The notes under the pieces: generated by a model
The model's input: only the letters and a program-made list of their open reading frames with translations
Databases searched by the model: none
What the model was told of the DNA's origin: nothing
NCBI GenBank assembly: GCA_002269645.1
Contig: NIVC01001018.1
Span: 62,001-126,000, forward strand
Length of the DNA: 64,000 bases
Direction of reading: 5' to 3'
Source: Macrostomum lignano
Taxonomy: Eukaryota
Program-made: the position numbers and the translations under genes
In this document: one piece after another, positions 32,770-44,109 of the stretch
Layout: the number at the start of each line of letters is the position of its first letter
How positions within the stretch are numbered: the stretch's first letter is position 1

Positions 32770-32806
32770 TGTTGCTGTTTGACAGTATCCGCCTCACCGG
32801 ACCAGT

Positions 32807-33208
32807 TGTAGAGTGTCTAAAAAATAAATGAGGCTTGAAAGCGGCGGTTCAATTATTTATTATCGATAGTCGAGATTACCGGAAAAACACTTGCTTATTA
32901 GCTGGGTTTGCCTGGTGTATATTTATAGCAAAATTAACGGTGTTCTGGAAATTTCTTTAGAATTATAACAAAGATACAACGTTATAATGTAAACTGTAGC
33001 TAATACGGATAAATGCGTTGAATAAGAATATGGCTAATAATTAAACTATAAGATATGTAAAGGTTCCGCGTAGAAATATTTTGTTATGGAAATTCGAAGA
33101 AAAATGCAGAAATTTCTTTTACTTAATTTGGAAATTTTACTCGTATAGAATGCGCGAAGGGGAAAGGAAACTTCTAGAAACTAGGTACATTGGAATAACA
33201 TTGCAACA
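32807..33208 (-). repeat. LTR, 402 bp
   Basis: Minus-strand TGTTGCAA...CTCTACA, directly followed by ac+TGG (PBS). Confidence 0.85.
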
Positions 33209-35775
33209 ACTTAGTTGAATACCTTGAAATCTCTACTTATCGAAATTTTTTCGTCGCACCCCCTTATCCACATATACTACTCTTCGCAGATGATCAAGCC
33301 ATACTAAGCAAAAACAAAACTGACCTCCAACACATGTTCCGCACAATGGAAACCTACTGTAGACAGAACTACCTCAAAATAAATGCCAGCAAAACAAAAT
33401 ACATGCAAGCCTGCAAGGGTAAAAACAAGCAAATGCAAAACGACACCGAAATTCTTTACGAAATGCAACAGATAGAAGAAGTAAATGAATTTAAATACCT
33501 GGGAATCATCTTTGAACCCAATAATAGTTTTAAAAAATGCATTGCTTATCAGATGAAACAAGGTAACTCCGCCATGTTTTCACTGCTACACAAAGTAAAA
33601 GACACCACGCTGGATATTATACTTATCAGTAGACTATTTAATTCTTTGGTCACACCAGTTATAACGTATGGTTGTGAAATCTGGGGACCTCTAGCAACCT
33701 GTACTGAACTCAAGAACATCGACAAAATCCAAACAAATTTCTACAAATACCTCCTTAACCTACCTAAAAGTACCTGCAACTCTGTTTTATACGCAGAACT
33801 TAATTTAACACCTATCTCACTTACCATCTCGAACTTTTTTCTTACATACTGGCTCAAAATCAAACATAAAAAACTGAATAGTACCACTATAGGCATCTTC
33901 GAATCAAACAACTGCCCAAACAACCCATGGAAAACCAACATCACTAAAAAACTACAAAACCTTGGTTTATCTCACCTGCTTAATTTACAAACATCGGACC
34001 CTGGTGACAGCTACAACAAAGATAAAACAACAATGACCACACAACTACTCATCTCCTGGGAGCGTGAACTCTTCAAAAAAATAGAAAACCACGCGAAAGT
34101 CATGCATTACAAAAATTGCTTCATCTATAAGAATATTTTCAAGCCTAACTTAAAAAACTACTTTCCCAGTATTTTTAGAAATAAAAAACTCCTAGAAATC
34201 CTGCTTAAGCTTAAAACTGAGTTCTTACCAAGCAAATACACCCAAGAAAAATGCAAACTTTGTGGCAGAGATTCAGGCAATAATATATTACACTATACAA
34301 CTGAATGTGTCGGTATACTAGATGTCAGGAAAAAATACTTTAACCAAAGCCACCTGAGCACAAGGCACTTTTACAGTTTAGGCTATGCTACAAACGAAAA
34401 CAAAAATAAAAAAGATTTGCTAGCTATTGAGAAGATCTATAAACTCATAGCAAATCTCCCTCCTTAACCGACATGAAAATTATAGAGAACACCATGTGTA
34501 CCACGCTGTTGCTGACCGTCTTACACCAATTGAATCCCTGGTTACCTTGATACTTTACTTGCTATTCCCTCTTGCTACTATGCATCTCTTGCTATTAAGT
34601 CCCTACCCCTCTTCGAGTAAACAATACCGGTGCAATCTATCCCGTATTACGCGTTTATTTATGTAAAAATTTTCTTTTTCTAATCGCGCCTTATTTTTAT
34701 TTAAGCACTCTATTTTTGGTTATTTCTTTCTTACATATTTGCTTCAAAAATACCCTTCATATTTAATGCCTAATAATTGCCAGCAATCCTTTCATCTGAT
34801 TAATACATATAAACTTATTTTTATCACCTACGAATTCAAGTGACACCATACTTGTCTTTTAATTCCTTACTTAAATACCTTTTGCTTTGTTTGCCGTTAA
34901 AGATTTTTAAAATTTCGTAGAAAAAAAAAATTGGCGCCCTTTCAAATACTATATTATTGTAAAACTCGCCGCACAGATCCCATTCTATCGAAATAATATT
35001 AATATTAAATACACTGACATATACTGGCCAAACAGGCTTCTTGCCTGAGCCAAACTTACTACTACTACTACTACTGAATGTTGTCTTTTTTCCTCCCGCT
35101 TTTCTTTGCGTCAAATGCTAGCCTCTGATGCAAATAATTTATTCGCTGATGACTTATTTACTTACAACAATATTCCACAAATAATACAATAACTAAATAG
35201 TGCTTATAATTTACTACTCGAGTCTTTTGAACCGTTAGTCTTTTCTTTCGTTAACAACTCGTTCTATCTGTTTTGCATGCATCGCAATTCACGAATGTTA
35301 AATTAAACTTTTTTACACCAATCATAGTATTTAGTTTTCAGTCGAATAAGCTCTTTCTTTTTGAACATATAGCAAAAAGTACAGTCGCGTGCTTTCAAAT
35401 TAAGTATTTACAAAACTTAACTGTTAACCGTTTACATAATAAACTAAAAAGTGTACTTTTAAAACTTCTCTATGCATTTTTACGCATTACGCATACCCTT
35501 ACGCATACTCTTAATTATATACAAATGTTAAAACAACTTATTTAACAGTTAAAACAAACATTTAAATGCTATTGTAATACGGTTATATATGCTTGATACA
35601 TTGACATAAAATACGGTTATTTATCGCTATTCTTATTCGCGATCATTTTAAAACTAGTCTTCATCATTTTTTTCTTTTCGATTTTTCGTTCGAACTTAAT
35701 TCGTACCTTATCTCGTACTCTCGTAATCAAAGCAATACCTCGTAATTCGCACTCATATTTATACCCATTACTCAC

Positions 35776-36483
35776 GGGAACCAGTTAATTCGGCGACAGG
35801 TTAACTCGGCGACAGCCAATTCGGCGACAAGTCAATTCGGCGACAGTCAGTTCGGCGACAGGCATTTTACCGGTTTAAAATGTAAAACGTATTTCAGTAA
35901 TACAAATGTTGAGATACAAGTACAAGAATTTCCCTCTTGAAGCTATCGCTTGAAATCGCTGGTGATCGGTATCAATTTAGTGGCGATTTTTTCTTGACAA
36001 ATGTTGCGAACCAACCTAGTATATACGTGACGTACCGTAACTAACACCGTAAGAATTATTATTTATTAAATTGACCCCAATGGTACGTGTATAGTAAATA
36101 TAAAATATAATAATAATCCTAAATAACCAACCATCAAACTATTTAAGCCCATTTTGTTGGGTCAGGTGGGAAAATGGTATACATGGCCATGTATTCCCCC
36201 AGCATACGCCATGCCGAATGTCTCTGTGGAAAGCATAAAATGTTATACACTTTTTTGAAAATGTGCGATTTGACATAGTTAAAACATTTTTTTCTATAAT
36301 AAATGGTCAGGGGCGAATGGCTATGCGTATACATATGTAAAATTTAACGAGTTGTAGTAGCTTTATGCAATGATCCGCCTTAATTCGCCTTAATTAGCAT
36401 TCGCCGAATTGGCTGTCGCCGAACTGACTTGTCGCCGAATCGGTTGTCGCCGAATTGGCTTGTCGCCGAATTGACTGGAAGCC
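35776..36483. mobile_element. Non-autonomous TIR element with inverted subterminal tandem repeats; 8-bp TSD (Merlin- or MULE-like)
   Basis: Ends GGGAACCAGTTAATTCGGCGACA and TGTCGCCGAATTGACTGGAAGCC. There are ~5 (AATTCGGCGACA)-type units at each end in opposite orientation, and the TSD ttactcac lies at 35768-35775 and 36484-36491. Confidence 0.88.
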
Positions 36484-37324
36484 TTACTCACCATACTCAT
36501 TTTCATACTCATATTATAATTCTCTTATTTATATACTTAAATTTGTCGTTTCGTTGTTAGTCGTCACTTTTCGTCCAAAAATCCGTAAAAAATTCTGGCG
36601 CGCTTTCAAATACTTTATCTTTTACAATAACGTCGAATCGTCGTCTTTATAAACTTCTATTTCGAAAATTTTTCCAAATACATTGCCCTATAATATATTT
36701 GCCAAACAGGCTAATTGCCTGAGCCAAATTCTTACTACCACTACTGAACTTCAATAGACGAGACGGTATAGACCCGCGGCAGTGTTTTTACTGTCCGTTC
36801 AACATATTTTTAAATGTAAATTGAATTCCATGCACAGTATTTCTAAAGGTATAAATTCCTTTGATTTTTACCTTCGTGCTATATTGAAATCGCTTTGAAA
36901 AAAACGTGTTTTTTAAAAGGTAATATTTTTTAGTCAAAATGTGTTGTGACGCGTCACTTCTTTTATCATACAATTCATAGATAGCCAGGTGCATTGCATA
37001 GCATAGGCCATAGCATAGCCGCATAGGCAGGCGGATTTTATTTTAGTAGGATTTTATTAGGATTTAGAAATATAAATGAGGGGGCAGATTTTATTAATCA
37101 TAAGAGATGGGCGCCATAATATATTCTATTTTTTAGAAGGGCCAAGAGGTATTCTTTTTTATCCAAATTTAGCTACTTTACTAGCAATCTTCGCCCCCCG
37201 TTGGGGGACATCTGTATAGAACCTCTGTTCTCTACAAGTAACAAAAAGATAGTCAAAAAAAGCCTTCGCAAAGAAAACAGACAAAATACTCAAAGGGAGT
37301 GCAATGCAAAAAGAAATCATTCCA

Positions 37325-37810
37325 AGACAGCAAGCATCCCCCAGATAGCAAGCATCCTCCAGATTGCAAGCAACCCCCAGATAGCAAGCATCCCCCAGAT
37401 AGCAAGCATCCCCCAGATAGCAAGCATCCCCCAGATAGCAAGCATCCTCCAGATTGCAAGCAACCCCCGGATAGCAAGCATCCCCCAGATAGCAAGCATC
37501 CCCCAGATAGCAAGCATCCCCTAGATAGCAACCATCCCCAGATAGCAAGCATCCCCCAGATAGCAAGCATCCCTCAGATAGCAAGCATCCCCCAGATAGC
37601 AAGCATCCCTCAGATAGCAAGCATCCCCAGATAACAAGCATCCCCCAGATAGCAAGCATCCCCCAGATAGCAAGCATCCTCCAGATAGCAAGCATCTCCC
37701 AGATAGCAAGCATCCCCCAGATAGCAAGCATCCCCCAGATAGCAAGCATCCCCCAGATAGCAAGCATCCCCTACATAGATAGCATCCCCAAATAGCAAGC
37801 ATCCACCAGA
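37325..37810. repeat. 18-bp minisatellite (ATAGCAAGCATCCCCCAG) inside Helitron 1
   Basis: Direct. Confidence 0.95.
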
Positions 37811-37899
37811 CAATAAGTAGCTAATGCGACAATTTCCTTAGCATTATAGTGGCTCCTTTAAAATTCGCTTACTTTTACGTTTGAAATTGTGTAAATTTT

Positions 37900-40800
37900 A
37901 TGTTTGACATGGTGGCTCTTTTATGTTCTACATGGCAACTCTTTTATGTTTGAAACGATGGCTTTTTAATGTTTGACATGGTGGCTCTTTTATGTTTGAC
38001 ATGGTGGCTCTTTATTGTTTGACATGGTGGCTCTTTAATGTTTAACCTGGTGGCTCTTTTATGTTTGACACAGTGGCCCTTTAATGTTCGACAAAGTGGC
38101 TATTTAATGTTTGACAAGGTGGCTTTTAAATGTTTGACATGGTGGCTCCTTAATGTTCGAAATGGTGGCTCTTTAATGTATGACATAAAGACACATATAT
38201 AATTGACATGGTGGCTCTTAAATGTTTGACATGGTGGCTCTTTATTGTTTGACATAGTGGCTCTTTAATGATCGACAAAGTGGCTCTTTAATGTTCTTCA
38301 TGGTATAGCTCTTTTATGTTCGACATGGTTGCTCTTAAATGTTTGACATGGTGGCTCTTTAATGTTAGAAATGGTGGCTCTTTTGTTTGACATGGTGGCT
38401 CTTTAATATTCTACATTGTGGCTCTTAAGTGTTCGAAATGGTGGATCTTTTAGGTTTGACATGATGGCTGTTTAATGTTTGACATGGTAGCTCTTTTATG
38501 TTGACATGGTAGCTCTTTTAGGTTTGACATGGTGGCTGTTTAATGTTCAGTATGATGGCTCTTTAATGTTCAACATAGTGGCTCTTTAATATTCTACATG
38601 GTGGCTCTTTTATGTTTAACATGGTGGCTCTTTTGTTTTACATGGTGGCTCTTTAATGTTTGACATAAAGTCACTTATATGTTCGAAATGGTGGCTCTTT
38701 AATATTTTACATTGTGGCTCTTAAGTGTTCGACATGGTGGCTCTTTTAGGTTTGACATGGTAGCTCTTTTATATTCTACATTTTGGCTCTTAAATTTTCG
38801 ACATGGTGGCTCTTTTTGGTTTGATATGGTGGCTCTTTTATGCTTGATACGGTGGCTCTTTAATGTTTAACATGGTGACTTTTAATGTTAGACATGGTGG
38901 CTCTTTAATGTTCGACATGGTGGCTCTTTGATATTCGACAGGGTGGCTCTTAAATGTTTGATATGGTGGCTCTTTATGTTTGACATGTTGGCTCTTTTGT
39001 GTTTGACATGGTGGCTCTTTCATGTTTGACATGGTGGCTCTTTTTTGTTCGAAATGGTGGCTCTTTTATGTTTGACATGGTGGCTCTTTAATGTTTAACA
39101 TGGTGACTTTTAATGTTAGACATGGTGGCTCTTTAATGTTCGACATGGTGGCTCTTTGATATTCAACAGGGTGGCTCTTAAATGTTTGATATGGTGGCTC
39201 TTTATGTTTGACATGTTGGCTCTTTTGTGTTTGACATGGTGGCTCTTTCATGTTTGACATGGTGGCTCTTTTTTGTTCGAAATGGTGGCTCTTTTTTGTT
39301 CTACATAGTAACTCTTATATCTGATACGGTGGCTTTTTTAATGTCTGACATGTTGGCTCTTTTATGTTCAAAATGGTGGCTCTTTTATGTTCAAAATGGT
39401 GGCTCTTTTATGTTTGACATGGTGGCTCTTTAATGATTGACATGGTGGCTCTTTTATGTTCGACATGGTGGCTCTTTAATGTTCGAAATGGTGGCTTTTT
39501 AATGTTCAAAATAGTGGCTCTTTTATGTTCGACATGGTGGCTCTTTAATGTTCAAAATGGTGGCTCTTTAATGTACGACATAATGGCTCTTTAATGTTTG
39601 ACAATGTGGCTTTTGAATGTTTGACATGGTGGCTCTTTAATGTTTGACATAGTGGCTCTTTATGTTTGACATGTTGGCTCTTTTATGTTTGACATGTTGG
39701 CTCTTTTATGTTTGACATAGTGGCTCTTTGATGTTCGAAATAGTGGCTCTTTTATGGTTGACATGGTGGCTCTTTAATGTTCGAAATGGTGGCTGTTTAA
39801 TGTTCGAAATGGTGGCTCTTTTATGTTTGACATAAAGTCACTTATATGTTTTACATGGTGCCTCTTAAATATTAGACATGGTGGCTCGTTTAGGTTTGAC
39901 ATGGTGGCTCTTTTATGTTTGACATGTTTGCTCTTTAATGTTCGACATGGTGGCTCTTCTATGTTCGAAATGGTGGCTTTTTAATGTTCAAAATAGTGGC
40001 TCTTTATGTTCGACATGGTGGCTCTTTAATGTTCGAAATGGTGGCTCTTTAATGTACGACATAATGGCTCTTTAATGTTTGACAATGTGGCTTTTGAATG
40101 TTTGACATGGTGGCTCTTTAATGTTTGACATGGTAGCTCTGTTATGTTCGACATGGTGGCTCTTTAATGTTCGAAATAGTGGCTCTTTAATGTTCGAAAT
40201 GGTGGCTCTTTAATGTTCGAAATAGTGGCTCTTTAATGTTCGAAATGGTGGCTTTTTAATGTTTGACACAAAGTCACATTTATGTTTGACATGGTGGCTC
40301 CTAAATGTTTGACATGGTGGCTCTTTATGTTTGACATGTTGGCTCTTTTATGTTTGACATGGTGGCTCTTTATGTTTGACATGTTGGCTCTTTTATGTTT
40401 GACATAGTGGCTCTTTGATGTTCGAAATAGTGGCTCTTTTATGGTCGACATGGTGGCTCTTTAATGTTCGAAATGGTGGCTGTTTAATGTTCGAAATGGT
40501 GGCTCTTTTATGTTTGACATAAAGTCACTTATATGTTTTACATGGTGCCTCTTAAATATTAGACATGGTGGCTCGTTTAGGTTTGACATGGTGGCTCTTT
40601 TATGTTTGACATGTTGGCTCTTTAATGTTCGACATGGTGGCTCTTCTATGTTCGAAATTGTGGCTTTTTAATGTTCAAAATAGTGGCTCTTTATGTTCGA
40701 CATGGTGGCTCTTTAATGTTCGAAATGGTGGCTCTTTAATGTACGACATAATGGCTCTTTAATGTTTGACAATGTGGCTTTTGAATGTTTGACATGGTGG

Positions 40801-41370
40801 CTCTTTAATGTTTGACATGGTAGCTCTGTTATGTTCGACATGGTGGCTCTTTAATGTTCGAAATAGTGGCTCTTTAATGTTCAAAATGGTGGCTCTTTAA
40901 TGTTCGAAATAGTGGCTCTTTAATGTTCGAAATGGTGGCTCTTTAATGTTTGACACAAAGTCACATTTATGTTTGACATGGTGGCTCCTAAATGTTTGAC
41001 ATGGTGGCTCTTTATGTTTGACATGTTGGCTTTTTTATGTTTGACATAGTGGCTCTTTGATGTTCGAAATAGTGGCTCTTTTATGGTCGACATGGTGGCT
41101 CTTTGATGTTCGAAATAGTGGCTCTTTTATGGTCGACATGGTGGCTCTTTAATGTTCGACATGGTGGCTCTTTAATGTTCGAAATGGTGGCTGTTTAATG
41201 TTCGAAATGGTGGCTCTTTTATGTTGACATAAAGTCACTTATATGTTTTACATGGTGCCTCTTAAATATTAGACATGGTGGCTTGTTTAGGTTTGACATG
41301 GTGGCTCTTTTATGTTTGACATGTTGGCTCTTTAATGTTTGACATGGTGGCTCTTCTATGTTTGACATTG
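37900..41370. repeat. ~23-bp minisatellite (ATGTTTGACATGGTGGCTCTTTA) with ~690-bp higher-order repeats, inside Helitron 1
   Basis: The diagnostic variant cataaagtcacttatatgttttacatggtgcctc occurs at ~39831, ~40518 and ~41228. Confidence 0.95.
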
Positions 41371-41855
41371 CGCTTCTTTTATGTTTAGCAGTTTCGTGTT
41401 TTTAAGGTGTTTTAATAAAAAAAATCTTTTTTGCACTACTAAGATTCGAACCCAGGTTGCTACATTAGCATTCCAGTCTGTTCGCATCAGGGCTATCTTT
41501 TTTCAATTGGAGAACATGAATTGTGGCCCTTATAATTCAATTCTTACAGGAAGTCAATTGGAGTAGAAAGTTATGACATAATCAATTTCTCAGTCAGCCA
41601 GAATCAGTCTCAATTTAAGTTGGCAATATGGTTACGCAATTTCATTCAAGTCGTGTGTGTATATCTTTGACACTGTTTTCAACTTGTTGTGATGCAATCT
41701 TTATCACAATCGGAATTCAGTCAGTCAGTTTTTTCTCTAGCATTCTTACAATGTATTTCAGGTCGAAAGAGCTGCTTGACCTTTGCAAAAAAGCATGTTT
41801 TTCGAATATTTAATCCCTTTAACATTGAGCAATTTCTTAGCCAAGATGCATGTAC

Positions 41856-42953
41856 ATACATGCGCAACCTTGGGAATCACTCGGCCGTTTCTATTGGCAA
41901 CACACAAATGTAAGTCGCTATTGGCTGAGAGCAGTCACGCCCTATTGGAATAAGTTTTCAGACACTGTGGACAGTGCATCTAGTGCGCCATGGCAATCAT
42001 AAAGTGGCCTGGACGGTGCGTCATGACAATCTTCAAATCCTAAGGTGGTATGGACGCCATAGTCAGGAAGGTGGCAGAGTGTGCGCCGGAACAAATTTTG
42101 GCCTCTCCCAAAATTGTGCGCCGTGCGCCGACACAAAAACCCTCGTGTGCGCCGTTGTGCGCCCGCCACTACCTGCCTTGCGACAATAAAAGACCTTTTT
42201 TTACAACATAGCAACAATTTTTGTGCGCCAATATACGGGACGGTTACGGGCTATCTATATTATATTATGAGAAATTGAGATCGTTAAACCGAAAATAGAA
42301 ATTTAAAAAATTTTTAATTAAATTTCTAATTTTTAAAACAAAACAAACATAAAAAGTAAGCAAATGGCAAAAACAAAGGTAAAAAGGAAAAGGAAAATAT
42401 TTTATTTTATTTTTTATTTTTTGGTAGAATGCAGTGTTACATTAGATAGAACAGTGAATAGTGTACTGTAACAAGTAACGACTTACATCGTTACATGGGA
42501 TCGCCACAAGGGTAACGCTGCATGTGGCGCGGCGCCCGCCGCGCCACGCCGCCATGCGCCGGTGTCCTCTGGTATGCGCCGTTGTGCGCCACTGTGCGCC
42601 AGTGCGCGTTTACAAGTTTACAAGTTTTACTTACAGTTTGCTGAATTTCCACCGTGCTGCTGACTTTCTCCTGTGCATGCTTCTCATCCTTGTTCAGCAG
42701 CGCTGTATGTAGCGCGTGATGTCCTCCTTGCATCTTACCTGTGAGCTGCTGTGCGTCATGGCGCATGGCGCGCGTAGCGCGCCATGCGCCATGACTATGA
42801 GGAAAAAGAAAAAGTGCGCCGGACGCCGTCCGCGAAAATACCACTTATTCCAATAGGGCAGTCACGTGACTACTATTCCGTCCAATAGCGACTTACATGT
42901 GTGTGTTGCCAATAGAAACGGCCGGGTGAATCTCTAGGTTGCGCCCAAGCATG
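41856..42953. mobile_element. Short palindromic MITE (~170 bp when empty) inserted in Helitron 1
   Basis: The arms cgcaacc..cggccgtttctattggcaacacaca.atgtaagtcgctattgg are inverted. They are flanked by a duplicated tgcatgtac (41847-41855, 42954-42962), and Helitron 2 shows the empty site gatgcatgtaccgtccc at ~46275. Confidence 0.8.
41940..42858. mobile_element. TIR element nested in the centre of the MITE
   Basis: TIRs CCCTATTGGAATAAG and CTTATTCCAATAGGG. The TSD is cagtcacg (41932-41939, 42859-42866), or 6-bp agtcac if the TIR starts at GCCC. It contains internal gtgcgcc repeats. Confidence 0.88.
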
Positions 42954-43229
42954 TGCATGTACCGTCCCAGGAAAATTTCTGATCGAATGGTGCAAGTTTG
43001 AAGAAAATCGGTTGAGCCAATTTTTCTGAAATCTATCGCATACCTACCTACCTACCCACATACAGACAACTCATTTTTAGTATATAGGACTAGCAATCTT
43101 CGCCCCCCGATGGGGGGCATCTAGATAGAATCTCTGGCACTCTACAAGTATCAAAAAGACGGCCAAATAAAGCCTTCACATAGACAATAGAAAAACTGCT
43201 CAAATGAAGTGCAATGCAAAAAAATATCC

Positions 43230-44100
43230 CAGGACAGCAAGCAACCCCCCAGATAGCAAGCACCCCCAGATAGCAAGCATCCACCTAATAGCAAGCACCC
43301 TTAGATAGCAAGCATCCCCAGATAGCAAGCATCTCCAGATAGCAAGCACCCCCAGATAGCAGGCACCCCAGATAGCAAGCATCCACCTAATAGCAAGCAC
43401 CCCAATATAGCAAGCATCCACCTAATAGCAAGCACCCTTAGATAGCAAGCACCCCCAGATAGCAAGCACCCCCAGATAGCAAGCATCTCCAGATAGCAAG
43501 CACCCCCAGATAGCAAGCATCCACCTAATAGCAAGCACCCCCAGATAGCAAGCATCCACCTAATAGCAAGCATCCACCTAATAGCAAGCACCCCCAGATA
43601 GCAAGCACCCCCAGATAGCAAGCATCTCTAGATAGCAAGCACCCCCAGATAGCAGGCACCCCAGATAGCAAGCATCCACCTAATAGCAAGCACCCCCAGA
43701 TAGCAAGCATCTCCAGATAGCAAGCACCCCCAGATAGCAGGCACCCCAGATAGCAAGCATCCACCTAATAGCAAGCACCCCCAGATAGCAAGCACCCCCA
43801 GATAGCAAGAACCCCCAGATAGCAGGCACCCCAGATAGCAAGCATCCACCTAATAGCAAGCACCCCCAGATAGCAAGCACCCCCAGATAGCAAGCACCCC
43901 CAGATAGCAAGCACCCCCAGATAGCACGCATCTCCAGATAGCAAGCACTCCAAGATAGCAGGCACCCCAGATAGCAAGCATCCACCTAATAGCAAGCACC
44001 CCCAGATAGCTAGAACCCCCAAGATAGCAAGCATCCCCCCAGATAGCAAGCACCCCCAGATAGCACGCATCTCCAGATAGCAAGCACTCCAAGATAGTAG
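43230..44100. repeat. 17-18-bp minisatellite (ATAGCAAGCACCCCCAG) inside Helitron 2
   Basis: Homologous to the 37325 array. Confidence 0.95.
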
Positions 44101-44109
44101 GCACCCCAT

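Larger units (their letters stand above)
31739..33208 (-). mobile_element. Truncated Ty3/Gypsy LTR retrotransposon (5' LTR, PBS, gag, start of pro)
   Basis: Minus-strand LTR 33208-32807 runs TG...CA with TATAAA and AATAAA, followed by PBS TGGTCCGGTGAGGCGGAT. Then come the gag ORF and an LVDTGAAVSII retropepsin motif in the -1 frame. The insert is flanked by actt at 31735-31738 and 33209-33212. Confidence 0.92.
30300..34820 (+). mobile_element. Young non-LTR retrotransposon (LINE; RTE/RTEX-like, clade tentative), ORF2 split by a Gypsy insertion
   Basis: The left part (30318-31738) has the APE-endonuclease tail (FSDHNQI) and RT motifs KASGKD, PNNYRGI, QYGF, FIDYEKAFDSI, GVLQGNPLSTVLFEIYIND. 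The right part (33209-34467) has LLFADD, FKYLGI, YGCEIWG and a C-terminal CKLC-x8-H-x4-C knuckle. Both halves are free of stops and rejoin in frame. Confidence 0.92.
37181..43089 (-). mobile_element. Non-autonomous Helitron copy 1 (with minisatellites and nested insertions)
   Basis: The minus strand starts TC (43089) and ends with a GC hairpin (CCCCC AAC GGGGG), then gaagattg-CTAG (37181), followed by host T. Confidence 0.85.
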
